Source: Candidatus Thorarchaeota archaeon (GTDB taxonomy: Archaea > Asgardarchaeota > Thorarchaeia > Thorarchaeales > Thorarchaeaceae). Taken from it: a DNA stretch of 64,000 bases. Numbering within the stretch: the stretch's first letter is position 1; the number at the start of each line of letters is the position of its first letter. Below are positions 29,523 to 39,290 of this stretch, piece by piece. The notes beneath the pieces are model-generated. The model saw only the letters and a list, made by a program, of their open reading frames with translations. It ran no database searches and was not told the DNA's origin. The stretch spans positions 1-64,000 of the forward strand of contig JBHLRZ010000014.1 of assembly GCA_048882045.1 (NCBI GenBank), written 5' to 3'. Made by a program: the position numbers and the translations under genes.

Positions 29523-30743
29523 GTGAGTGATAAAGACGACGAATCAAAGTCCTCCGCTCAAGAGAGTAGTGGGACTGGTCGACGTCTAAGGAGGGGCAAG
29601 AAGGATGCTAAGAAGGAACCCTCATTCGTAGACAAAATGTTGAAATCCTTGTCTAGTATTCAGGCTTGCAAAGATGCAGCGATGACTGGGACCGACGACT
29701 TTCGTCTACTCGCTGTCTGTCGTCTTGGGGAGTATGGTGCAGAAGCATTTGAGGCACTGGACATTGCATTAATTGATGACAACCCTACTGTGCGCACCGT
29801 GGCTGCAGGTATGTTGGCATCATCTGAAGACAAGGATGCAATTGATATTCTGGAACCCTATCTCTCAGATGAGGATGAATCTGTTCGTGAAGCAATCGAA
29901 TATTCTTTGAGCTGGCTAAAAGGTCGTGCAACCGAAAGGGATCACGGAACTCAGATTCCATCAGACTGGGAAAATCCTGTACAGATGCTTCTCGAATCGG
30001 AAGCGGTTCCCTTGAGGACATCCGATGATGTAGAGATTGTAAGTACATTCTCTGCCATTCCTGAGAGTCTAGAGTTTGGAATGATGATGCAGAATTTTGG
30101 CGATGAACCCATTCATGACATCACCGTCAAGATCTTGCTCTACCCCTATGAGAGTCTAGAACCTGCAGAATCTCTGATGCAGGTAATTGACATCATTGAA
30201 CCAGACGGAATTGAAGCACTGATATTTGGTTTCAATGTAATAAAGGAATGTGTAGAAGGAGAGTTTGTAACATCAGTCCAATTCGTTGATGAACAAGGTG
30301 AACATATTGCTGCAAAATCCGGTAACATCTTTGTAAGATCACTCTTCGAGCAGTTTTCACCATTAGAAATAACACCTGAGGACTTCCTGAGTCTGAAGTC
30401 AGAGCTTAAAGAATGGAATAGAGAACACTCTCTAGAGGTCGAAGCTGAAGCCCTCTTTGAAACAGTAAAGGAACTTTTCGAGGATTGGAATCTCGGATCT
30501 TTTCAGTCAGAGCGCACAGAGAGAGATGACATGTACATGGGAGTCATCTCAGGTATGGCGAAAGGACGAATAACCGGGATACAGTTAGCTGTCACCCTGA
30601 CAGTTGTTGGTAAACTAAAAGACGCCTTGGCAAAACTAAGGATTGATGTTCTCTGTGAAGACCCTGAGGTGTTGCATACAATAGCCAGTGTGATATTTGA
30701 AACAATTCAGCGAAAGCTTGGAGTCTTTGAAACGGAGGACTAA
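29523..30743 (+). CDS. HEAT-repeat protein with adaptin/coatomer appendage (Ig sandwich + platform)
   Basis: HEAT repeats (L.DDNPTVR..AA..L; L.DEDESVR..), Ig-like MQNFGDEPIHDITV, platform-like FSPLEITPEDFLSL...LRIDVLCEDPEVL. Confidence 0.72.
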   Translation: MSDKDDESKSSAQESSGTGRRLRRGKKDAKKEPSFVDKMLKSLSSIQACKDAAMTGTDDFRLLAVCRLGEYGAEAFEALDIALIDDNPTVRTVAAGMLASSEDKDAIDILEPYLSDEDESVREAIEYSLSWLKGRATERDHGTQIPSDWENPVQMLLESEAVPLRTSDDVEIVSTFSAIPESLEFGMMMQNFGDEPIHDITVKILLYPYESLEPAESLMQVIDIIEPDGIEALIFGFNVIKECVEGEFVTSVQFVDEQGEHIAAKSGNIFVRSLFEQFSPLEITPEDFLSLKSELKEWNREHSLEVEAEALFETVKELFEDWNLGSFQSERTERDDMYMGVISGMAKGRITGIQLAVTLTVVGKLKDALAKLRIDVLCEDPEVLHTIASVIFETIQRKLGVFETED

Positions 30744-30751
30744 CGAGAATC

Positions 30752-31318
30752 CTATGCCAGACCGCCAGCTTCAAGGATTTTGATTGCTAGTTCTAGGAAT
30801 GCAGCCTCGACATTGAGTCCAGTCTTTGCTGAGGTCTCGAGGAACGAGGTATGTACACCTTTGTTTGCAATCTCAGTTGCCAACTTCTGGCCCTCTTCTG
30901 TTGTGACAATGGTCTGTTGCATGACCGGATTGTCCTTGAATTGGTCCCGAAGGTCAGTCTTGTTCCCAATCACCACGATTGGAATCTTCTTGCCTGCGTT
31001 TGTCCAACACTCATCCACCCAGTTCATGAGGTTGTCAAAGGACTTCCTCTCAACAGTGGAATAGACACCCAGGGCACCCTGAGCACCTTTATAGAAAGTA
31101 GAACGAACACTCTTGAAGTGTTCCTGTCCAGCCAAGTCCCAGATCTGTATACTGACGTCATGGCCACCTTCGAGGGACATCTTCTTGACAGCGAAGTCAG
31201 CTCCGATTGTGATCATATAGTTGGCTCGAAAACCTTCTCCCATGTACGTCTTTCTGAGGCTGGTCTTCCCGACTGAGCCATCTCCCATGAGTACAACCTT
31301 GAACAATGCAGTGACCAT
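30752..31318 (-). CDS. Rab-like small GTPase
   Basis: FKVVLMGDGSVGKT, TIGADF, WDLAGQEHF, FYKGA, NKTD, ETSAKTG. Confidence 0.93.
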   Translation of the reverse strand: MVTALFKVVLMGDGSVGKTSLRKTYMGEGFRANYMITIGADFAVKKMSLEGGHDVSIQIWDLAGQEHFKSVRSTFYKGAQGALGVYSTVERKSFDNLMNWVDECWTNAGKKIPIVVIGNKTDLRDQFKDNPVMQQTIVTTEEGQKLATEIANKGVHTSFLETSAKTGLNVEAAFLELAIKILEAGGLA

Positions 31319-31424
31319 AGTATGCCACCTGAAACATGGAATGTCCACTGGACACTAGGCCGTTATTTGATATTTCCGCTATTTGAGTCTATGCCGATTG
31401 AATAGAGCGCAGGCTATAGAAAAA

Positions 31425-31907
31425 CTACTCATGAATCTTGAAAGATTTCCCACAATTCTGGCATGTAACCAATCCATCTGTACTGATTTTGTCATCATGA
31501 TAGACATAGGAAGCATGGCAAGTGGGACACTCACTTCCACGGGACTTTATCTTAGCCTCTGTGACGTCTATAAGCCAACCTCGGTCCTCTGCCAGGCGAG
31601 TCAAATCTGCAATCGGCTCAGCTCCAGGGTCACCAATCTCTGCGGCTGAAATCAGACTTTGCATGCCGCCCCCTGCACCAATGATGGTCACCTCACACTC
31701 CTGTGACGATCTGTCATAATCAAGGGTAATCAAATTGACATACCCAGAAGAAGTAAGGGGTCCGCTCCTCTCGAATGAAAACACTCCTATTGTTCGTCCA
31801 TCAATATTCCATATCCTAGAATAGTCAGCCCCATGTTTTTGCTTCAGGAGATTGATTACCTCTTCCACATCTGGACTCTGTATCATCACTTTGTATACCA
31901 ATCTCAT
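31425..31907 (-). CDS. Hypothetical protein with C-terminal zinc ribbon
   Basis: CPTC...CQNCGKSF. Confidence 0.65.
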   Translation of the reverse strand: MRLVYKVMIQSPDVEEVINLLKQKHGADYSRIWNIDGRTIGVFSFERSGPLTSSGYVNLITLDYDRSSQECEVTIIGAGGGMQSLISAAEIGDPGAEPIADLTRLAEDRGWLIDVTEAKIKSRGSECPTCHASYVYHDDKISTDGLVTCQNCGKSFKIHE

Positions 31908-32107
31908 CCCTCGAGCTAACCTAGTAATCAAGAAGGATAAAGCTTCGCACGTTTACTTTCGGAAATCTGTCCCCCTCGGCAACATTCGTTTGGAAGAACA
32001 TAGAAACTCCACAAAATCCTCAATCAGGAGGGACATAACATACTAGCCTGAGCAGCTCGGAGACCGTTTCTGGGTTGTGGGGTAACGCCAGCAAGGGATG
32101 AAGACTA

Positions 32108-32413
32108 GTGGGACGAACTGTCCGCACCTATAGAGATGCGATTAGGATTGAAGAAGCGCGCTGGAAAGAGTTCAGGCGCACTTTGAGACAGTCCCAGCGA
32201 GAAAGGTTCGACCGCATATTCGACTATGCGAGAGGGTTTGCGGATGCGGGCACCATGATGGTGACACCTCGAATCATCGAGGTGATCATACTTTCTGCGA
32301 TTCTTGAGATGCTGGGGGAGATTGACGAAATCAAAGAGAGGGTACAGCTTCTGGAGGAGAAGACTGAGGAGACAGCCCCTGATGAGCAGAACTGGATGGC
32401 TCCTGGACTGTAG
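32108..32413 (+). CDS. Small helical PolB2-associated protein
   Basis: MGRT..TYR...E..RW..FRR.L....R..FD.IF pattern, typical of the gene upstream of PolB2; overlaps the polB start. Confidence 0.78.
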   Translation: MGRTVRTYRDAIRIEEARWKEFRRTLRQSQRERFDRIFDYARGFADAGTMMVTPRIIEVIILSAILEMLGEIDEIKERVQLLEEKTEETAPDEQNWMAPGL

Positions 32414-34664
32414 TGTCAACTGGGAGAAACAGGCACTGACCCTCTGGATCAAAGAGGATGGGAAGACCAGGGGCTACACCTATAGAGGCTTCAACCCCTC
32501 TGTCTTTGTCAGCACGGACCTCATGGAGAGCGATGAGTGGAACAGGACAGGAATTCTGCGAGCAGTCCGTGAGCATCCAAAAGTTACAGACTCAGAGGTG
32601 GTGGAGAAGTTTGCAAGTGTCTATGACAAAGAGAAGACTCCCGTGTTGAGGGTTTCCACCACACCAGATGCATTGCAGGAAGTGGCCAAAGACCTAGAGA
32701 AACTGCCAGGGGCTGTGGTCTATCACGCAGACATTGATCCGGTACAGCAGTTCTTCATTGACAGGACACTGTTTGCCTTTGGACGCGTCGAGTTCAAAAC
32801 GAAAGGGGACGAGGTCACCGAGATCTGGGGCATTGACGAACGGGAAGACCCCGAGTATGAGATTCCAGACCTGGAGGAACTAGGCTTTGAGGTGTTTGTT
32901 GACACAGATCAGATATTTCCCAAACTAGAGGACAGGATACATCACATCGAGGTCTACCACGGGGATGATACGATCTGCATTGAAGACAGTCATGAACGGT
33001 CAATCTTGGTCCGTTTTCAGAGTCTGATTGACAGGATAGATCCTGATGTCATTGTCACAGGGAGGGGCGATGAGAGCCTATTCAGATATCTCAGTCTGCG
33101 TGCAAAGGTCAATGGGATGGAGCTCAGACTCTCTAGGGACAGATCACCACTGAAGGTCGTTCACAGAGAGGCGCAGTCATTTTGGCAGTACAATCGGATT
33201 GTGTTCAGGTCAGGAACACAGGTCACACTGAACGGACGAATCCACATTGACAGAGGAAAGACCGGCATGCACATGTATGCCCCAACAGGGCTAGAGGGGG
33301 TCGTAGAGAGCTGTAGACTTGCACTGGGCCGTCCGCAGAGAGTTTCACAGATGACGATTGGCGGGGTGAACGCTGCCGTTCAGTTCTACAGGGCATACAA
33401 GATGGACATCCTGATACCGCCGGTCAAACGGAACCCTGAGTTTCTCAAGACAGTCACCGAACTGGCAGCCATTGACAGGGGCGGCCTCATCCTTCAACCA
33501 CGACCAGACATCTATGAGGACATTGCTGAGTGTGACTTCTCGTCTATGTATCCCACTCTCATGGTCAAGCAGAACATCAGTCCAGAAACCATCTGCACGC
33601 TGAAGGACGAGCATTGTCCATACAACAACGAACATTGTATCAGAATCCCGCAACAGAGCTTCAGAATCTGCACCAAGAGGAGGGGAATAGTTGCAGAGTC
33701 GCTGAAACTATTGGTCGACCGTCGAATGGCCTTCAAGAATCTGATAGAGGAGGGTCAAGACGCCAAGAGGTACGAGTACATACAGAACACTCTGAAGGGG
33801 GTCTTGGTGTCCTGTTTCGGTTACTTGGGGTTCAAGAACGCGAAGTTCGGGAGGGTCGAGGCGCATACTGCTGTCACAGCGCTGTCCAGAGAGGTCATGC
33901 TCAAGACCAAGGACATCGGGGAGGAGATGGGTCTAGAGATGGTTCATGGTATAGTGGACTCCGTCTGGCTGAAGTCAAAGCGAGAAATCGACTATGAAAA
34001 CGTCGAGAAGTTCTGCAAGCGGGTGTCAGAGGAGGTGGACATCAAGATGTCGCCCAAGGGAGTCTATAGATGGATGGTCATCCCGTCCTCACGACTGCAT
34101 CCCTCGGTCGCACCATTGAACCGATACTATGGAGTCTATAAGAACGGAGGGATCAAGACTCGAGGAATCGAAACTAGACGACGTGATACATGCCTCTATG
34201 TCGGAGACTGCCAGAAGGAGATGATCAAAACCCTAGCAATGGGACAGGACAAGGACGGTTTCTTGAGGCAGATACCGGAAGCGCATGCAGTGTGTCAGGA
34301 ATTCATAGGTAGACTCCATGATGACGACGTAGACCTCAGAGACCTCATTCTCAACTCCACTCTCACAAGAAACCCGCATGAATATCGTGCTACTTCACGA
34401 GCCGCAGTGGTCGCTCAACAACTGGTCAAGGCAGGGAGAAACCTGCATGCGGGGCAGAAGGTCCGCTATATCATGACTAGTGCGGACTCTGAAAATCCAT
34501 TGCGGAGAGTACGCGCTCTGGAACTCTTTGACGAGTCAACAAGATATGACCCTGAGGCATATGCGATTCTGTGCGAGCGAGCCTTTGAGAACCTTATTCC
34601 AGCACAGTATCTGGATTCATCAGAGAGAGATTCAGAACAGACCCTTCTTATTCCGAAGGCATAG
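32382..34664 (+). CDS. polB2: Family B DNA polymerase, PolB2 (G2) group
   Basis: DFSSMYP motif A, LKGVLVSCFGY motif B, HGIVDS variant of motif C, K.RGIE.RRRD; exonuclease motifs degenerate. Confidence 0.88.
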   Translation: MSRTGWLLDCSVNWEKQALTLWIKEDGKTRGYTYRGFNPSVFVSTDLMESDEWNRTGILRAVREHPKVTDSEVVEKFASVYDKEKTPVLRVSTTPDALQEVAKDLEKLPGAVVYHADIDPVQQFFIDRTLFAFGRVEFKTKGDEVTEIWGIDEREDPEYEIPDLEELGFEVFVDTDQIFPKLEDRIHHIEVYHGDDTICIEDSHERSILVRFQSLIDRIDPDVIVTGRGDESLFRYLSLRAKVNGMELRLSRDRSPLKVVHREAQSFWQYNRIVFRSGTQVTLNGRIHIDRGKTGMHMYAPTGLEGVVESCRLALGRPQRVSQMTIGGVNAAVQFYRAYKMDILIPPVKRNPEFLKTVTELAAIDRGGLILQPRPDIYEDIAECDFSSMYPTLMVKQNISPETICTLKDEHCPYNNEHCIRIPQQSFRICTKRRGIVAESLKLLVDRRMAFKNLIEEGQDAKRYEYIQNTLKGVLVSCFGYLGFKNAKFGRVEAHTAVTALSREVMLKTKDIGEEMGLEMVHGIVDSVWLKSKREIDYENVEKFCKRVSEEVDIKMSPKGVYRWMVIPSSRLHPSVAPLNRYYGVYKNGGIKTRGIETRRRDTCLYVGDCQKEMIKTLAMGQDKDGFLRQIPEAHAVCQEFIGRLHDDDVDLRDLILNSTLTRNPHEYRATSRAAVVAQQLVKAGRNLHAGQKVRYIMTSADSENPLRRVRALELFDESTRYDPEAYAILCERAFENLIPAQYLDSSERDSEQTLLIPKA

Positions 34665-35990
34665 CTATTCAGTAACAGCATGTGCTTGAAGAGCGATGCG
34701 GGGTTTCAGCTCCCTGACTGGGATTCCGGTTTCCTTGGAAACTCGAAATACATCTTCAGCCTCGGGTTTGATGTTCAAAATACTTCCATCAGCACTACGG
34801 GAAACCTTCACTCTTACCATGTAGTCCTGTCCATCAATCTCAAGACTACACACGATGGTTTCTCGGACAGCTTTGAGTCGTTTCCAGGTTGTATAGCGTA
34901 TTCCTGTGGTTCCAAGACTCTTAATCATGACATCTGCGATGCCTTTCAGTCCAGTCTTGGCAGCTATCACCTCGACTACATGACAAGGACGGTTCTTCTT
35001 TCCAATGGCAGGGATGATCGTGACATCATACGCCAACCCCTCTGAGAGAAGCGTGTCGAATAGGGCACCTAATGTTTCGCCATCAACATCATCGACGTTG
35101 GTCTCAATCACTATGACTTCATCCTCATTCCAAGTATCGATTAGATCTGGTTTCTCCTTTGTTTCAGCCGGTTCTTTGGCTGGTTTCTCCTTTTTCTTTT
35201 CAACGGGCTGAACCGGAGCTACCTCCTCTGATAGAACTGTTTCTCCGATAACGATTGATAGCATGTTTGGAATCTTGCCTAGACTTCGAGTACCAAAACC
35301 AAAACCCTGATTCTGTGCAACGAAATTATCATGCGAGTCAACGAATTTGTCAACTATAGCTATTAGTATGGCCGCACCTGTTGGTGTCAGAACCTCTGTC
35401 TTTGCTTCGCCATTGTGATGAGGGACCTTATGTGCTGCTAGCATCTCAGCCACTGCTGGAACTGGTACTTCAAGCTCCCCATGCTCAGTCTTGATTTTTC
35501 CATTACCAACCGCAACCTTTGTCGAAAGAATCTCGGTATCATCAAACAGTCCCAATCGGTCAAGCAAGTATGCAGTACCAACTAGATCGAGGACTGTGTC
35601 CACAGAACCTGTTTCATGAAGATGAAGCTCATCGATGGGTATGTTATGGGCTTTGCTTTCAGCCTCCAATATCACATCAAGACCGTTCAAAGCGACTTCT
35701 CTTCCCTTCGAAGATAGTTCAACCTCTTCAGCAACGGATTGGATGACCTCCCTAAGTTCGAAAGGACTTAGTGAAATCTCAGCATTTCTTGTTACCTGCA
35801 GTTGACGTCCTGTAATCCCAGAGAAAGAGTGAGACACTACATTCATGCGAAACGAAGGGTCATGAATAAGGAGGCTAGCAGCGACAGGAAGAAGAACATT
35901 ATCTTCACCGACGAGGTCAGTGAGTGCTGCAAGGAACATGTCTCCTGCTGCTCCAGCAGTTGATACATCTATGAGTATGGTCTTCTTCAG
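34665..35990 (-). CDS. larC: Nickel-pincer cofactor nickel insertase LarC (probable CTG start)
   Basis: ILIDVSTAGAAGDMFLAAL, HLHETGSVD, HG.L.VPVPA, TPTGAA, IETNVDD, GKKNRP, TTGIR. Confidence 0.88.
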   Translation of the reverse strand: MKKTILIDVSTAGAAGDMFLAALTDLVGEDNVLLPVAASLLIHDPSFRMNVVSHSFSGITGRQLQVTRNAEISLSPFELREVIQSVAEEVELSSKGREVALNGLDVILEAESKAHNIPIDELHLHETGSVDTVLDLVGTAYLLDRLGLFDDTEILSTKVAVGNGKIKTEHGELEVPVPAVAEMLAAHKVPHHNGEAKTEVLTPTGAAILIAIVDKFVDSHDNFVAQNQGFGFGTRSLGKIPNMLSIVIGETVLSEEVAPVQPVEKKKEKPAKEPAETKEKPDLIDTWNEDEVIVIETNVDDVDGETLGALFDTLLSEGLAYDVTIIPAIGKKNRPCHVVEVIAAKTGLKGIADVMIKSLGTTGIRYTTWKRLKAVRETIVCSLEIDGQDYMVRVKVSRSADGSILNIKPEAEDVFRVSKETGIPVRELKPRIALQAHAVTE

Positions 35991-36098
35991 TTGATTCGCC
36001 TCCTATCATGTGAATGAGTACAACAATAGTTCTTCATTCTTTCTTGACTGTCTTAAATTCATGCTGCAAATCTATTAAGTCAGCTCTGTAGGAATCCA

Positions 36099-36878
36099 TC
36101 ATATTGTAACTCGATTTCGCCACTGTTCGAAGATGGCCATATACATGCATTCCTGAGGTGGGATCCACATCTCAGAAGAATCAAAGGACTGATCCACAAA
36201 CTCGACAGGCGCATCTCTGATTAGTGCAGCTGGAATCGACTCATCTGACTCGCCCATCACAGCTGTGCATGCTGATGCAAGATTGTCAGCGATGGCTCGT
36301 CTAGTAATCCTCAGTACGTTACCAAACAGGTCTGTCCTACCTCTATCATCTGCAACCGGTCGAAAGCCAGCATTTCCAAGAGCCATACCAACATTTCCCA
36401 GTCTCAGAGGTTGAGTGCGACTGTCAATGACAAGAACTCCGATAGTCTTTCCAAGTCTGTTCTTGACCTCATTCCTAATTCTCTCCGCACTCTCTCTAGG
36501 GTTGGCTGGCAGGAGAGAGGCATACCCTGGAGGGACATTGGACTTGTCGACTCCAGCATTTGCCATCAGGGTGTTACTCTTGATTGTCAAGACAACGTGA
36601 GGAATACCTCCCAGGATTTCATCTGCTTCGTTCAATACGAGTTCTGCAACCTCAGGAATCATTTCGTATTTCCTCGCAAGATCTCGCGCTTTTTCTGAAG
36701 CGACAACATTCGAGAGCTTGACTACTTGGCCTTCAGTTGTACCCAGGGGAGTTTCAGCCACACCGAGGATGTCATTGTCCTGAATCTCGATTCCCTTATT
36801 GGTGAGACCTTCGAGAAGTACATCTAGGAGATTGTCTTCTTCAGTAATGATTCGAGTCTTGATTGGAAAAACCTGCAT
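36099..36878 (-). CDS. cofE: Coenzyme F420-0:L-glutamate ligase
   Basis: ANAGVDKSN, IDSRTQPLRLG, D.RG..DLFG..L..T..AIAD, MGES.E. Confidence 0.88.
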   Translation of the reverse strand: MQVFPIKTRIITEEDNLLDVLLEGLTNKGIEIQDNDILGVAETPLGTTEGQVVKLSNVVASEKARDLARKYEMIPEVAELVLNEADEILGGIPHVVLTIKSNTLMANAGVDKSNVPPGYASLLPANPRESAERIRNEVKNRLGKTIGVLVIDSRTQPLRLGNVGMALGNAGFRPVADDRGRTDLFGNVLRITRRAIADNLASACTAVMGESDESIPAALIRDAPVEFVDQSFDSSEMWIPPQECMYMAIFEQWRNRVTI

Positions 36879-36920
36879 TGCGCTGACCCAACTTGAGAGT
36901 CTCGAAGTACGAAGATAAAT

Positions 36921-38333
36921 TCATCCACCGCGAGATTTTTGGAGCTTCATCCTTTCGGACATGATGCACTTGTCACCCTTCCGACCCCCCATTGGACATC
37001 TCTTTGTGCCCATGGAGTTCATGCATCTTGCAGCAACCGCAGCTCCCATTGCTAGACCATCTTCCACGAAGAGGATATCGTGCATATCAGTCCAAAGAGA
37101 TCCATCATTAAGATGTAGATTTTCTGTGATGAGTTTGGGTTTCTGTCCAGTAATGATTGCACGCCCCGTAAGTCCCAAAGATGTATCTTTTAGAATTAGC
37201 CCCTCTGATTCGATAATCGATATCAAGCGTTGAACGATTCCAGCCTGGATCACATCGATCACTGTAAGCAGTGTATTGGTGTCACTAGCATACACAATCG
37301 ATTTCCCAAGTTTAGTAAGGTCATCTAGCCCAGATCCGTTGGTTCCTGCATCAACGCCAACTAACGTAGTTCCTGACTCTTCAGCAGCGCTTGCGTCTAC
37401 AGGAACAGTACCGAACCGTTCGACTGATTTTGAAACCTTCTCAACCCTGATGATGCTATGGGCTTTCTCTTCCCATTTTGAATCAATCTGCAATTGCTGC
37501 GACTTGTTAGATTGTGGGATGTCTAGAACACTACCAGTCTTTGCATCTATCAGTCCAGTGCCCTTTGCCAATGCATCCGGTATTGCCCCTGCAAGCCCAG
37601 CAAAGGAGCCAATTGTTCTGGCATAGGGGAACCCGTCGTCTGTCACACGTCCTGCAAGAGTGGTCCCAAAATCAAGTGTAAAAACAGGATTTCGAAAATC
37701 AATGTCAGTGCTCTTTGCTGCACCCTTCAGTCCGGCACTGACAAGCTCTCCCTCCATCTCGTTTGCAACAATCTCAGTATTTGAAGGAGGAAGTGAACTC
37801 GCTACAGCCCCATCAAAGTACACCTTCTTTAACCAAGTATAGTCACGAATATCCGGAGGAAGATTCTCTGCTGAGATTGATGCAGTCATTTTCCTTGGAG
37901 GAATTCCTGCATTAAGACATCCATCAGCCAGAGCCTGCACAATAGTTCCTACTTCACTAGGACTAGCAAAACTTGCAGTCACTCCAGTTGAGCGGACCAC
38001 AAAGTGGAGGTCACGCTCAATGTCAAGTCGCGCTTTCTTGAGAGTAGTTCTGAGAATGTCTGACACCAGTTCCGATACTGACTCTCTAGTAAGCTCCACA
38101 CCAAAGACAGTTCTTCCAAACACTTCTTCCTCTTCTTTGGGATGACGGACATCTCGAGTCATACGAACCTCTTTTTCGATTTCATAGATTTCAGCGGTTT
38201 CTAGATTTGTAGTCACAAGGACACACTTTGTGGTCGTGTTACCCAATTCAACAGATGCAACTGTGTAGAAAGGACCTTTCCGAAGTGATGATACTCCTAT
38301 AGAACGAGGTCGTACTACTCGATCTTTTTTCAC
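36921..38333 (-). CDS. Methanogenesis marker 14-like ASKHA ATPase (diol-dehydratase reactivase-like)
   Basis: VASVELGNTTTKC, FVVRSTGV, ANEMEGEL, DFRNP..LDFGTTLAG, DGLA.GAAV.ARCMNS. Confidence 0.85.
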   Translation of the reverse strand: MKKDRVVRPRSIGVSSLRKGPFYTVASVELGNTTTKCVLVTTNLETAEIYEIEKEVRMTRDVRHPKEEEEVFGRTVFGVELTRESVSELVSDILRTTLKKARLDIERDLHFVVRSTGVTASFASPSEVGTIVQALADGCLNAGIPPRKMTASISAENLPPDIRDYTWLKKVYFDGAVASSLPPSNTEIVANEMEGELVSAGLKGAAKSTDIDFRNPVFTLDFGTTLAGRVTDDGFPYARTIGSFAGLAGAIPDALAKGTGLIDAKTGSVLDIPQSNKSQQLQIDSKWEEKAHSIIRVEKVSKSVERFGTVPVDASAAEESGTTLVGVDAGTNGSGLDDLTKLGKSIVYASDTNTLLTVIDVIQAGIVQRLISIIESEGLILKDTSLGLTGRAIITGQKPKLITENLHLNDGSLWTDMHDILFVEDGLAMGAAVAARCMNSMGTKRCPMGGRKGDKCIMSERMKLQKSRGG

Positions 38334-38350
38334 AATCTGTCACTTCCATA

Positions 38351-39286
38351 TTAGACTAGTTTCTTGAACGGATGGTCATCAGAGGGCTCAATACCAAATT
38401 CGAGACTATAAGACTCTGCAGCAAACACATCACACATGGCAACAACTGGAAACACTCGTTCTGCATTAGCTATTGGGCCATAGAGCACAAAGTCAGCACC
38501 CATCATCTGTACAATAAGATTTGAAGCAACATCTGCAGTCCGATATCCTTCTGGATTCGCCTTCTTGTGTTTTCTCAACCAGGACCACGATGAGGGAGCA
38601 TTGTGTACTCCGGATCCTGTTGGAAGTCCATAGACAGTCTTTGACACAAATGTGAATGCCGCAGCTGTACCAGCACCTGCACCCATTGCAGTCACTGCAG
38701 TATCTATCAGGGGTTTGGTGATTCCAAGTTCCTTACTCAATGGTAGTAGTCCCTTGTCTAGTTCAAGTGCACCGGTGTCCAACACAGTTCTTCGCCCCCC
38801 GATAGATGGGTCTTGGGGATTGAATGCAAGGATGATTGCACATTCATGTTGGATACTCTTGAGAGCCTCAATCTCCTCCTTAGTTGCAGAAACGTTGAGA
38901 GAGTTATAGATGGCTCTGTCTAGAAGACCTATCTCCTCAGCATGAGTCAAACCAGCGATCCGAACTAGAGGTTCTGTCGAATCAATGAGGAACGGAGCAT
39001 CAGTAATGTCAGTCACGAAATCGATGTACTTCTTCAGTGCATCCTCGGTTTCCGAAAATATTTGGATTAAAGCAGGATTGCCAGTGAGTTGTGACATCTC
39101 ATCCTGTTTCTCAATCAGAGCGGTTGCTGCCTTCTTATCGAAGACTCCCTTCTTGGTGTCCGTAACGATCTTGTGCCCTCCATAGAAGATAGTACCAGCA
39201 AGAACCGTAGCAGTTTCACCCGGGTTTCCACCTATCTTCACTCCACCTACATTATGGATGACCTGTTCTTTCTCAAAGACAAACAT
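38351..39286 (-). CDS. mtrH: Methyl-H4MPT:corrinoid methyltransferase MtrH
   Basis: MF.FEKEQ...GGVKIGG.PGE..TVLAGTIFY.GH, PFLIDST, IYNS, GSGVHNAPSSW, GADFVLYGPI. Confidence 0.9.
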   Translation of the reverse strand: MFVFEKEQVIHNVGGVKIGGNPGETATVLAGTIFYGGHKIVTDTKKGVFDKKAATALIEKQDEMSQLTGNPALIQIFSETEDALKKYIDFVTDITDAPFLIDSTEPLVRIAGLTHAEEIGLLDRAIYNSLNVSATKEEIEALKSIQHECAIILAFNPQDPSIGGRRTVLDTGALELDKGLLPLSKELGITKPLIDTAVTAMGAGAGTAAAFTFVSKTVYGLPTGSGVHNAPSSWSWLRKHKKANPEGYRTADVASNLIVQMMGADFVLYGPIANAERVFPVVAMCDVFAAESYSLEFGIEPSDDHPFKKLV

Positions 39287-39290
39287 TGCA

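Noticed and set aside
32108-34664. PolB as the marker of a casposon, provirus or other mobile element
   Set aside because: PolB2-type rather than protein-primed; no Cas1, integrase, terminal repeats or capsid genes
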